DNA of 46,117 nucleotides from a virus: IMG/VR virus record IMGVR_UViG_3300045988_041336; one strand, 5' to 3'. Shown piece by piece: positions 1 to 7,277 of this stretch (position 1 is its first letter; each line of letters starts with the position of its first letter). The notes under the pieces were generated by a model. It saw only the letters and a program-made list of their open reading frames with translations, ran no database searches and was not told where the DNA came from. The position numbers and the translations under genes were made by a program.

Positions 1-55
1 CCGTCAACCTCAAAGGCCCGAAGGGTGACACCGGCCCAACTGGCCCACAGGGTGA
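1..55 (+). repeat. Terminal direct repeat, copy 1 (overlap of a circular contig)
   Basis: ccgtcaacctcaaaggcccgaagggtgacaccggcccaactggcccacagggtga is identical to 46063..46117. Confidence 0.9.
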
Positions 56-716
56 AACCGGCCCGCAGGGGCCGCAGGGCCCGGCCGGGGACAATGCGAA
101 TGTCACGAAGGATGCGGTTGTCGGTGCGCTCGGGTTTACGCCCATCGGCGCGGATGATGTGCCGGTTAAAAGCGTGAATGGCGCGACCGGCGAGGTCAAA
201 AGCACGTTTTATGTGACGGTGACGCAAGGAAGCGACGATAACGTAACTGCCGACAAAACGGCTGAGGAAGTGTATGCGGCCTATGAAGCAGGGTATGCAG
301 TGTATGCGATAGTGCCATCGGAGGAGCTAGGCGCTGCGGCACTCCCGCTGGCCATTGCGTTTGACGATGGAACAGATAAAACGATGCTTTTCGCAACCAC
401 ATTATTCCAGGACGTGGGGGAGTCACCAACATGCCTTGTGGTTTTTTGCATCAGTGGCGCATGGCTTACGCAGAGTATGCAACTTGCGAAAAAGGCGGAA
501 ATCCCAACCATCCCGACGGCACTCAAGAACCCGAATGCACTCAACATCAAGATCGGCGATACGACGACGAGCTACGACGGAAGCGCGGCGAAAACCGTGG
601 AAATCCCAAAAGGTGTTCCGGCTGTTACAGACACTGATAACGGCAAAATCCTTCGCGTAGTAAATGGGGCTTGGGCAGCTGCTGAACTGCTCAGTGCGGG
701 AGGTGTGTCGTTTTGA
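1..716 (+). CDS. Collagen-like tail fibre, C-terminal part (continuation of 44673..46117 across the junction)
   Basis: Frame 3 is open from nt 3 ([30 protein letters not shown]...), followed by a non-collagen C-terminal domain and stop TGA at 714-716. It is in frame with 44673.. once the 55-nt overlap is collapsed (about 701 aa in total). Confidence 0.85.
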   Translation, partial: VNLKGPKGDTGPTGPQGETGPQGPQGPAGDNANVTKDAVVGALGFTPIGADDVPVKSVNGATGEVKSTFYVTVTQGSDDNVTADKTAEEVYAAYEAGYAVYAIVPSEELGAAALPLAIAFDDGTDKTMLFATTLFQDVGESPTCLVVFCISGAWLTQSMQLAKKAEIPTIPTALKNPNALNIKIGDTTTSYDGSAAKTVEIPKGVPAVTDTDNGKILRVVNGAWAAAELLSAGGVSF

Positions 717-2653
717 GTGAATATCTTGTGACTGGCGCTGGGCTGACCCACACGGCAGACAGGATTCGCGCGAAAACAGGAGAGACAGCCAAAATTGTCT
801 GGGATGCGGAAAAGGGATTCGGAAACGCAGTAGACGCGATCCAATCAGGCGGCGCTGTGGAAGCCTTGGAATGGCACCAATGCCCGGAGCTGGTGCGGAA
901 CTACCTCGAAAACGTCACATACGATCCTGCTGATTATAGTACGTCGCAGATTGCATCTTATGCGCCTGCGACGGCAGTTGTGAGCAATTACAAGCCCATC
1001 GGGCAGGAGGCGGGCGGGGTGACGCACTACAACGAAGTGCCAAATATTCTCACACCTTTTGCCGGAACGGACGTGGCAGGAACGCTCAAGCCGCTTGATG
1101 CGCTGCGCTGGATTCGCACACGGGATAACTCCGCAGAAGCATGGAATGTGCGCGATCTGGGAGGCTGGGCCTGCGACGGTGGAACCGTGAAATACGGGCT
1201 GCTGATTCGAGGCGGGAAGCTGAGCGCGGCAGATCGAGCAGTACTCGTGGGAGAACTTGGTGTTCAGCACGATCTTGATCTCCGTGGCCGGGAGGGCGGC
1301 GGTTCCGGCGACGAGCCGAACATGACAGAATCTCCGCTTGGGAGTGATGTGTGGTACACGCGCGCACAGCAATATGCATGGTACGCGCTGGAACCGGTGG
1401 CAACATGGCAGGCTTACCTCCGGTGCGTGATCGACGCAGTGACGCACAGAGAGCCGGTGTATTTCCACTGCACGGCAGGTGCGGACAGAACCGGCACGCT
1501 GGCTTGTGTTCTTGAAGGGCTGCTCGGCATGAGCCAGAGCGATATCGACAAGGACTATGAGCTGACTACATTTTATTCCGGCTCCGGGTCGGATGCGACT
1601 GCGCGACGCCGGAATGAGGCTGAGTGGAAGGGTTTGATTGCTGAGATCAACGCCGTTCCCGGCGACACGTTCCGCGATAAGTGCGTACATTTTGCTGTGG
1701 GAACGTGCGGAATGTCGCTGGCTGATATCAACGCTTACCGCGCGGCTATGATCAACGGAACACCCGAGACGCTGCACTGGTATCAGAGCATCACCAAAAA
1801 TCTCACAGGCTGCACGATCAGCAACGCCGCATCTCAGGTGGATTACGGCGAGGCGTACACCGCGACGCTCACACCGGAAAACGGCAAGACGATGACCTCC
1901 GTTGTGATAAAAATGGGCGGCGTGGACATTACATCCACGGCTTATTCGGCCGGCAGCGGTGCAATCAACATCGCCAAGGCAACAGGGGCAATTACGATCA
2001 CTGCGGCGGCCTCTGCACCGTCTGTGGCTTACGGCATCAAACTGAATCTCACCAACTGTGCATCTTCCAACACGGCTGACAGAATTGCCGAGGGCACAGC
2101 CTACACTACGACGCTCACGCCTACGGGAACATACAAAAAGCTTGGCACGATCACGGTCACAATGAGTGGGGAGGACATTTCCGCTCCGACGGTGTCCGGC
2201 AGCACGATCACAATTCCAAAAGTATTGGGCGACATTGTGATTACCTGTGCAGCAGAGATCACGAACATCATTGATACCATCGGGATATCTGCGAATACGC
2301 GACTGAGTACGTCGAGCGGCGCGAATCGGACGCAGAGTGGATATGCGGCCATCGGTGCCAACGAAGATGCAGCAAGTCTGATTCACCTGAAAGCGGGAGA
2401 TATGCTCCGCATCAAGGGTGCAAGCCTACCCGCGTCGAATGATAGTTACAGTGCAATCGCGCTGCACAATGCAAATGGAACGTTCAACACATCGACATAT
2501 CTGCATAGCGGGCTTACTTGGAACGGCATGACGTTTGCGAACAGCGGCAATATCGTCACGGTGACGGCTACGACGGAACACTACATCCGCGTATCGCTGA
2601 TCTGCACGGATGCGTCGACGGTAATTGCGACGATCAATGAGGAGATCAGCTGA
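713..2653 (+). CDS. Tail fibre/receptor-binding-type protein with embedded CX5R phosphatase (Y_phosphatase3-like) domain
   Basis: TTG start 8 nt after GGAGGTG, overlapping the upstream stop. NVRDLGG and the P-loop YFHCTAGADRTGT are seen in the translation. These are followed by two tandem ~75-aa Ig-like repeats (TLTPENGKT.../TLTPTGTYKK...) and a beta-rich C-terminal domain. The gene lies between the fibre and the lysis cassette. Confidence 0.75.
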   Translation: MSEYLVTGAGLTHTADRIRAKTGETAKIVWDAEKGFGNAVDAIQSGGAVEALEWHQCPELVRNYLENVTYDPADYSTSQIASYAPATAVVSNYKPIGQEAGGVTHYNEVPNILTPFAGTDVAGTLKPLDALRWIRTRDNSAEAWNVRDLGGWACDGGTVKYGLLIRGGKLSAADRAVLVGELGVQHDLDLRGREGGGSGDEPNMTESPLGSDVWYTRAQQYAWYALEPVATWQAYLRCVIDAVTHREPVYFHCTAGADRTGTLACVLEGLLGMSQSDIDKDYELTTFYSGSGSDATARRRNEAEWKGLIAEINAVPGDTFRDKCVHFAVGTCGMSLADINAYRAAMINGTPETLHWYQSITKNLTGCTISNAASQVDYGEAYTATLTPENGKTMTSVVIKMGGVDITSTAYSAGSGAINIAKATGAITITAAASAPSVAYGIKLNLTNCASSNTADRIAEGTAYTTTLTPTGTYKKLGTITVTMSGEDISAPTVSGSTITIPKVLGDIVITCAAEITNIIDTIGISANTRLSTSSGANRTQSGYAAIGANEDAASLIHLKAGDMLRIKGASLPASNDSYSAIALHNANGTFNTSTYLHSGLTWNGMTFANSGNIVTVTATTEHYIRVSLICTDASTVIATINEEIS

Positions 2654-2698
2654 TGGATACATGCGTATGCTGCGGACAAACGTAGAAAGGAGAGAATT

Positions 2699-3040
2699 AT
2701 GGACACCAAGACCATCATCGTTACGCTCGTCTGTGCCGTGCTCGGCTCGTCCGCGCTGACGGCGGTCGTCAATGCCGTCGTCGGCGCAATACAGAAAAAG
2801 CGCGGCAAGGCCACGACGCAGGAGGCGCACCTAGCCGAGATCGACAAAAAGCTCGGGAAAATGCAGGAGCATCAGGACGAGCAGTATCTGGCGATCCTCC
2901 GGCTGACCATCATGTCGGAGGAAATGCCAATGGCCGAGCGTCTGATCGCCGGAGAGAAGTATAAAAAGATGGGCGGGAACGGCGACGTGAAAAAGTTCCT
3001 GCACCAGATGGAGGCGCAGTGCGAACGTAATGGAGTTTAG
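2699..3040 (+). CDS. Membrane-anchored coiled-coil protein of the lysis cassette (function unknown, holin-associated?)
   Basis: RBS AAAGGAGAG. One N-terminal TM helix (IIVTLVCAVLGSSALTAVVNAVVGA) followed by a charged helical region. Confidence 0.5.
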   Translation: MDTKTIIVTLVCAVLGSSALTAVVNAVVGAIQKKRGKATTQEAHLAEIDKKLGKMQEHQDEQYLAILRLTIMSEEMPMAERLIAGEKYKKMGGNGDVKKFLHQMEAQCERNGV

Positions 3041-3287
3041 CAAGAAGTGGCTGATCTACAGCGCGCTCGTCAGCCTCGCGCTCATCATCGCCTGCGCGGC
3101 AGGTGCAGATCTGACAGAGATCACGCTTGCGGTGCTGGCTGAAACGACGGCTTCCAGCGGATTTTACCTCTGGAAAGCCAAGAATGAGAACCGCGCGAAG
3201 TACGCGCAGAAGTACATGGATAAATGGGCCGAGAAATACGGCCCGGAAGCGGCGGCACGCATCGCAGAGATCGTGCTGAAGGACTGA
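3030..3287 (+). CDS. Holin-like small membrane protein
   Basis: 85 aa with two hydrophobic helices and a basic C-terminal tail, directly upstream of the endolysin. Overlaps the upstream gene. Confidence 0.5.
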   Translation: MEFSKKWLIYSALVSLALIIACAAGADLTEITLAVLAETTASSGFYLWKAKNENRAKYAQKYMDKWAEKYGPEAAARIAEIVLKD

Positions 3288-3300
3288 AAGGAGCATACAT

Positions 3301-3513
3301 ATGGATAAGATCATCAAGCGGCTCGGGAATCTCCTGAGCGTGAAGAGCCTTGTGACGCTGACGCTGACGGCGGTATTTGCGTACATGGCCGTGGTAGGCA
3401 AGATCAGCCAGGACTTTATGACGGTGTATGCCGTCGTGATCGCATTCTACTTCGGCACGCAGAGCCAGAAGGTGCAGGACGCGGTGGACGAGAAAGGAGG
3501 CGGAGAGGCTTGA
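3301..3513 (+). CDS. Holin (two-TM class)
   Basis: RBS AAAGGAG. 70 aa with two TM helices and a charged C-terminus. Its stop overlaps the endolysin start. Confidence 0.6.
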   Translation: MDKIIKRLGNLLSVKSLVTLTLTAVFAYMAVVGKISQDFMTVYAVVIAFYFGTQSQKVQDAVDEKGGGEA

Positions 3514-4241
3514 ATGCGGCGGAGCTTGTAAAAAAGCACATCGATATTGCGAACAACTACAGGACGGTCTACATGTGGGGCTGCTTCGGGATGCCGGTCA
3601 CCGAGAACATCATCCGCGAAAAGGCTGCGCAGTATCCGGGCTGGTACACGGCGGCAAAGCAGGCGGAGCTGCGGAAGCTCATCGGAAAGGGATACTTCGG
3701 CTTTGACTGCGTGAACCTCACGAAGGGCATTCTGTGGGGCTGGAACGGCAGCCAGAACGCGATCTACGGCGGGGCAAAGTACGCGGTGAACGGCGTGCCG
3801 GACGTGTCCGCAGACGGCATGATCTCGAAATGCCAGAACGTCTCCACGGGAAACTGGGAGACGCTCGTGCCCGGCGAGGGGCTCTGGATGCCGGGGCACT
3901 GGGGACTTTACATCGGCGGCGGGCTTGCCGTCGAGTGTACGCCGGTCTGGAAAAACGGCGTGCAGATCACGGCAGTCGGAAATCTCGGCCAGAAAAGCGG
4001 GTACAATACGCGCATCTGGAAGAAACACGGCAGGCTCCCTTGGGTGGACTACGGAAACGCCGCGCCCGCGAAGAACGGCGAGATCATCGTCAACGGGAAG
4101 CACTACCCCATTGACCGGCTGCTGGTCGGCGGGAAGAATTATTTCGCGATCCGCGAGATCGTGGAGGTCCTAAATGCGGCCGGCGTCTGCGATTTGGCCG
4201 TTGGGAACAAGGGCAGCATCGCGGTGCTGAATAGCAAGTAA
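3510..4241 (+). CDS. Endolysin: NlpC/P60-like cysteine peptidase with C-terminal wall-binding domain
   Basis: TTG start after AAAGGAGG. Cys motif GFDCVNLTKG and His motif PGHWGLYIGG. The C-terminal ~60 aa (INGKHYPIDRLLVGGKNYFAIREIVEVLNA) resembles a copper-amine-oxidase-N-like wall-binding repeat. Follows the holins. Confidence 0.75.
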   Translation: MNAAELVKKHIDIANNYRTVYMWGCFGMPVTENIIREKAAQYPGWYTAAKQAELRKLIGKGYFGFDCVNLTKGILWGWNGSQNAIYGGAKYAVNGVPDVSADGMISKCQNVSTGNWETLVPGEGLWMPGHWGLYIGGGLAVECTPVWKNGVQITAVGNLGQKSGYNTRIWKKHGRLPWVDYGNAAPAKNGEIIVNGKHYPIDRLLVGGKNYFAIREIVEVLNAAGVCDLAVGNKGSIAVLNSK

Positions 4242-4274
4242 TTTTCAGCCGTCCTGCGCCGAAAGGAGGCGAAA

Positions 4275-4523
4275 ATGGCAAGAGGGCGCGTGCATTTACC
4301 GGATGGATTGAAAAATCTGCTGGCAAGCGATTGGGAGCGCGTCCTCGGGCAGGCAATGCTTGGCCGAGAGGACCGGGAGATCGGGCGGATGTACATCTTG
4401 GAACGAATGCCGCAGATCGATATTGCGGAAGAGCTGCACATGGATCGTTCAACGGTCTCCCGGCGCATGGATAAGATCATGATCGAAGCGCGCAGGACGG
4501 CGGAAAAGCTGGATATGGTATGA
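4275..4523 (+). CDS. Small sigma-70 region-4/YlxM-like HTH protein
   Basis: RBS AAAGGAGG. 82 aa. MPQIDIAEELHMDRSTVSRRMDKI looks like a region-4 type HTH. Confidence 0.55.
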   Translation: MARGRVHLPDGLKNLLASDWERVLGQAMLGREDREIGRMYILERMPQIDIAEELHMDRSTVSRRMDKIMIEARRTAEKLDMV

Positions 4524-4525
4524 CA

Positions 4526-4562
4526 AAAGCCCGAGGGATCATCCCTCGGGCTTTGCTTTTTT
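4526..4562. terminator. Intrinsic terminator shared by convergent genes
   Basis: 13-bp stem aaagcccgaggga/tccctcgggcttt followed by gctttttt. The toxN-like stop codon lies in the loop. Confidence 0.75.
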
Positions 4563-5051
4563 GGTTTTGTGATTTGGATCGTATCGTTTGCTTGCGCGCT
4601 CAAGCTCCTTGAAATCACATGAGATTCGGCAAAGAAATTCGTTTGTCTTGTTCACAACCTCAAAATATGTTTTTGCAGAACGCTGGAAAAGAGCGGCGCG
4701 GTTGCGGTCGATCTCGGCGAGCTGGTTATACAGCAGAGCCCTGTAGCGCTTATCCGGCTCATCGTCAATGTTGAACTCAATAAGCGCACAATCCGGAACG
4801 GGAACCATGTTGTTGAAGCCAAGCATACCAAGCCTTCCGCCGTCCAGCTTGAAGATATGCACGCCAGACTTTATTTTAGCGTGGTTTGGCTTTGGGGATT
4901 CCATGGGAACGAAATATCGGTATTCCCCAACGAACAGCACAACGCCGACATATGGCCTGCGTGAGTCCTTGTTGAATTGAACACGATTGTCACAGGTGTG
5001 CAAAAACCGTATGTATTTATCAGATATTCGGTAGATGCTCAATTTCTCCAT
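4539..5051 (-). CDS. toxN: ToxN/AbiQ-family type III toxin (endoribonuclease)
   Basis: ATG at 5051 after AAGGAAGG. The 170-aa product (MEKLSIYRISDKYIRFL..RPYVGVVL..YFVPMESPKP..FKL..LGFNNMVPV..YRALLYNQL) is recognisably ToxN/AbiQ-like. Tandem RNA repeats and a terminator lie immediately upstream. Confidence 0.85.
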   Translation of the reverse strand: MEKLSIYRISDKYIRFLHTCDNRVQFNKDSRRPYVGVVLFVGEYRYFVPMESPKPNHAKIKSGVHIFKLDGGRLGMLGFNNMVPVPDCALIEFNIDDEPDKRYRALLYNQLAEIDRNRAALFQRSAKTYFEVVNKTNEFLCRISCDFKELERASKRYDPNHKTKKAKPEG

Positions 5052-5070
5052 ATTTCGACCTTCCTTGCAA

Positions 5071-5105
5071 AAGAAAAGCGGGACAGTTCGTGCCGTCCCG
5101 CTTTT
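5071..5105 (-). terminator. Intrinsic terminator between the antitoxin repeats and the toxin gene
   Basis: On the minus strand: GCGGGAC-10 nt loop-GTCCCGC followed by TTTTCTTTT, about 20 nt upstream of the toxin ATG. Confidence 0.8.
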
Positions 5106-5120
5106 GATTGCCCATGCAAT

Positions 5121-5240
5121 TTTTCGTTCCCTACTTAACGGCAAGGGTTTTCCGCTTTTTTCATTTCCTACTTAACGGCAAGGAGTCTCCGCTTTTTTCG
5201 CTCCCTACTTAACGGCAAGGGGTTTCCGCTTTGATGGGCG
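5121..5240 (-). ncRNA. ToxI/antiQ-like antitoxin RNA: 3 full 37-nt tandem repeats plus a partial unit
   Basis: Plus-strand units start at 5130, 5167 and 5204 (period 37). Minus-strand core is AAAGCGGA-N4-CCTTGCCGTTAAGTAGG. A ~10-nt partial unit lies at 5121-5129. Same strand as the toxin gene and directly upstream of it. Confidence 0.8.
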
Positions 5241-5292
5241 GTGATGAACTGGAGACGTTCGTCACTTTGTATGCAGATCACTCTGCACCTCT

Positions 5293-5320
5293 AGTATATC
5301 AAGCCAGACGAAAAATGCAA
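5293..5320 (-). promoter_or_regulatory. Promoter of the type III TA operon
   Basis: On the minus strand: TTGCAT (5320..5315), 16-nt spacer, extended -10 TGaTATACT (5301..5293). Confidence 0.6.
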
Positions 5321-5488
5321 GCAAAAAGTTAACTTTTTTTACGACGCAAAACGACATTGAAATTATAACTTTTCGGAATTGCACACAAATGCAGCATAAA
5401 TGCACGCAAGTGCAACCCTTAGATTTTTGCGGTGCGAGATAATGATAGCAGGAGCTGGCCAGCTTACTATTTTATCGGAGGTACTACT

Positions 5489-6070
5489 ATGGAATACGCA
5501 AGTAACGGCAAGGCCAATGCGGCCCTGACCACTGGTATCATCGGCACGGCGGGCGTCGGTCTCGGCCTGCTCGGGAATCTGCTCGGCGGAGGCTGGTGCG
5601 GTATCGGCGCAAATCCGGCTGCTGCGGCTGTAGCGGCGGGCACATGCAGCGAGAATATGCCGGTCACGCGCTATGAGCTGGAAAGAGAAAACAAGCTCGC
5701 GCAGAAGGACAGCGAGATTGCGATGCTCAAGGCGAACACCTACGGCGATCAGAAAATGCTGGAGATGTACGCTTACATCGACGGCCAGCTCAAGGACGTG
5801 CGGAAGTCCCTGTGCGATCAGGCCGTTCACAACCAGCGCACTGAGGACAGCTTCGTGCTGGCCCGCCAGGACATCGCATCCATCAAGGACGAGCTGCACC
5901 GCGAGATCGAGATGGAGGCAGAGCGCCGCTGCTGCGGTGACAACAGCATTGTCACCTACGCAAACGCAACCTTTTATCCGAAGCAGGTGGCAGACATCAC
6001 CACCGGCACAGCAACCACGGCGCAGACGCTCTACAACCCGCTTCCGAAGTGCGGGTGCTGCAACAAGTAA
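5489..6070 (+). CDS. Gly-rich membrane / coiled-coil / Cys-rich C-terminus protein (moron, unknown function)
   Basis: ATG after GGAGG. N-terminal TM segment GIIGTAGVGLGLLGNLLGGGW, a central heptad-like region, and C-terminus ...RRCCGD...PKCGCCNK. Confidence 0.65.
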   Translation: MEYASNGKANAALTTGIIGTAGVGLGLLGNLLGGGWCGIGANPAAAAVAAGTCSENMPVTRYELERENKLAQKDSEIAMLKANTYGDQKMLEMYAYIDGQLKDVRKSLCDQAVHNQRTEDSFVLARQDIASIKDELHREIEMEAERRCCGDNSIVTYANATFYPKQVADITTGTATTAQTLYNPLPKCGCCNK

Positions 6071-6119
6071 ACCGAAGGGGCGGCAGCCGCCGCCCCACCC
6101 TTAATACGGAGGTATCCCT

Positions 6120-6458
6120 ATGGTAACGATAGATCAGGCATTAAATGGATTCGAGCGATTTGCAAATAGCGAACTTATCCCGCGGTTATCGCAAGGTATT
6201 GGCTATGCTGTTTCTGTACTCATTCGGATGGCAATGGACGGCGGAAAAGAGCGATTGCTTGCAATGAAGGATAATTTCTTTGTGCAGATGACTGGAGCAC
6301 TCGACGAGCAAGGGAACGTTGACATTGATCGGCTATACAAGCACGCTCGGGATGTGATCGACGGGAAAAAGATCACGTTGTTTTCGTTCAAGGACAAAGA
6401 TATGCGATTTGATGCAAATGACATAGACAAGCTTTACAGATACATTCAGGAGGCGTGA
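6120..6458 (+). CDS. Hypothetical protein
   Basis: RBS ACGGAGG. 112 aa. No motif recognised. Confidence 0.6.
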   Translation: MVTIDQALNGFERFANSELIPRLSQGIGYAVSVLIRMAMDGGKERLLAMKDNFFVQMTGALDEQGNVDIDRLYKHARDVIDGKKITLFSFKDKDMRFDANDIDKLYRYIQEA

Positions 6459-6460
6459 CG

Positions 6461-6946
6461 ATGAAGAAATACATGGATGAGCTGTACGCGCGGCTGGAAG
6501 AGCTGGCTGAAAAGCCGCTGACGCTGGGACGCATTGAAGAGGCTGACGCCGTGGCGGGCCTCCTGTGCCGCCTGCATAAGCTCGACGGCATGGATAGAGA
6601 CCATTTTCGTGAGTCCACGAAAATGACGGAATTCTCCCGAGAAGATGCCATGCGCTGGGCGGAGCACATGCAGAACGCCGACGGCACGGTCGGGCCGCAC
6701 TGGACGATGGATCAGACTTCCGCCGTCGCGGATGCGAGCGGCATCCCGCACGACATCCCCCGCTGGGCGTGGGGTGTGACCATGAACATGATGTATTCGG
6801 ACTACTACGATGTGGCGCGGAAGTTCGGAGTCAACGTTCCGGAGTTCTACGCGGAGCTGGCGCGGGCGTTCTTAATGGATAAGGACGGCCCCGGCCCGGA
6901 GGAAAAGCTTTGTGCGTATTATAGGTGCATTGCCCATAACAAGTAG
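6461..6946 (+). CDS. Hypothetical protein
   Basis: ATG 7 nt after CAGGAGG (the GTG at 6455 is too close to the RBS). 161 aa. Last gene before attP. Confidence 0.6.
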   Translation: MKKYMDELYARLEELAEKPLTLGRIEEADAVAGLLCRLHKLDGMDRDHFRESTKMTEFSREDAMRWAEHMQNADGTVGPHWTMDQTSAVADASGIPHDIPRWAWGVTMNMMYSDYYDVARKFGVNVPEFYAELARAFLMDKDGPGPEEKLCAYYRCIAHNK

Positions 6947-7000
6947 ACGAGTGTATGATGCCGTGATGCGGAAGATTAAAGGCATATCCTGAAATAAATA

Positions 7001-7024
7001 TGTAACATATAATGTAGCATACAG
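7001..7024. repeat. Putative integrase arm-type sites (left arm)
   Basis: TGTAACATAT (7001-7010) and TGTAGCATACAG (7013-7024). The same motif recurs at 7251-7274. Confidence 0.5.
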
Positions 7025-7102
7025 GAAACGATTTTACGTTATCACATTTATCAAAACCAAACGTTCGAGTCCCGCCGCAGATGCGAACAAAGACAGTATA
7101 GA

Positions 7103-7149
7103 GTATAAAAAGTGCCGATTTTAGCTGTTCTGAAGCTAAAATCGGCACT
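7103..7149 (-). terminator. Terminator downstream of the tRNA-derived segment
   Basis: 15-bp stem agtgccgattttagc/gctaaaatcggcact. On the minus strand it is followed by TTTTTATAC. Confidence 0.65.
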
Positions 7150-7150
7150 T

Positions 7151-7185
7151 TGGCGCGGAAGGAGAGATTCGAACTCTCGCTCGCT
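7151..7185 (-). other. attP core: 3' fragment of a tRNA gene (T-arm, acceptor 3' strand, CCA)
   Basis: Minus strand reads ...GAGAG-TTCGAAT-CTCTC-CTTCCGC-G-CCA. There is no matching 5' acceptor strand or anticodon arm upstream, so it is only a fragment. It lies about 90 nt downstream of the integrase stop. Confidence 0.65.
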
Positions 7186-7250
7186 TTTTAGACGACTACT
7201 CCCTTAGCAGGGGATTTAAAACCATTGAAAACACTGCGGGAATTGCAAAT

Positions 7251-7274
7251 TGTAGCATATTTTGTAGCATACAG
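7251..7274. repeat. Putative integrase arm-type sites (right arm)
   Basis: TGTAGCATAT (7251-7260) and TGTAGCATACAG (7263-7274), direct repeats of 7001-7024. Confidence 0.5.
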
Positions 7275-7277
7275 AAT

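Noticed and set aside
845-2386. Long antisense ORFs in GC-rich genes (845..2386, 16689..17669, 18181..19221, 30905..31915, 37989..38984, 39104..39967)
   Set aside because: Each lies entirely opposite a well-supported + strand gene (fibre, early genes, terL, tail genes, tape measure). They are Arg/Cys/Ala-rich, lack an RBS and break operon logic. This is typical stop-codon depletion in GC-rich DNA.
5121-5240. Tandem 37-nt repeats considered as a mini-CRISPR array or satellite
   Set aside because: The units are contiguous with no spacers, and there are only about 3.3 copies. The promoter and terminator flanking, together with a ToxN/AbiQ-like gene immediately downstream, fit a type III antitoxin RNA instead.
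7058-7085. GTTCGAGTCCCG, a T-loop-like string left of attP, considered as a second tRNA fragment
   Set aside because: There is no complementary T-stem 5' strand, no acceptor strand and no CCA. It is probably a chance match or a very decayed remnant.
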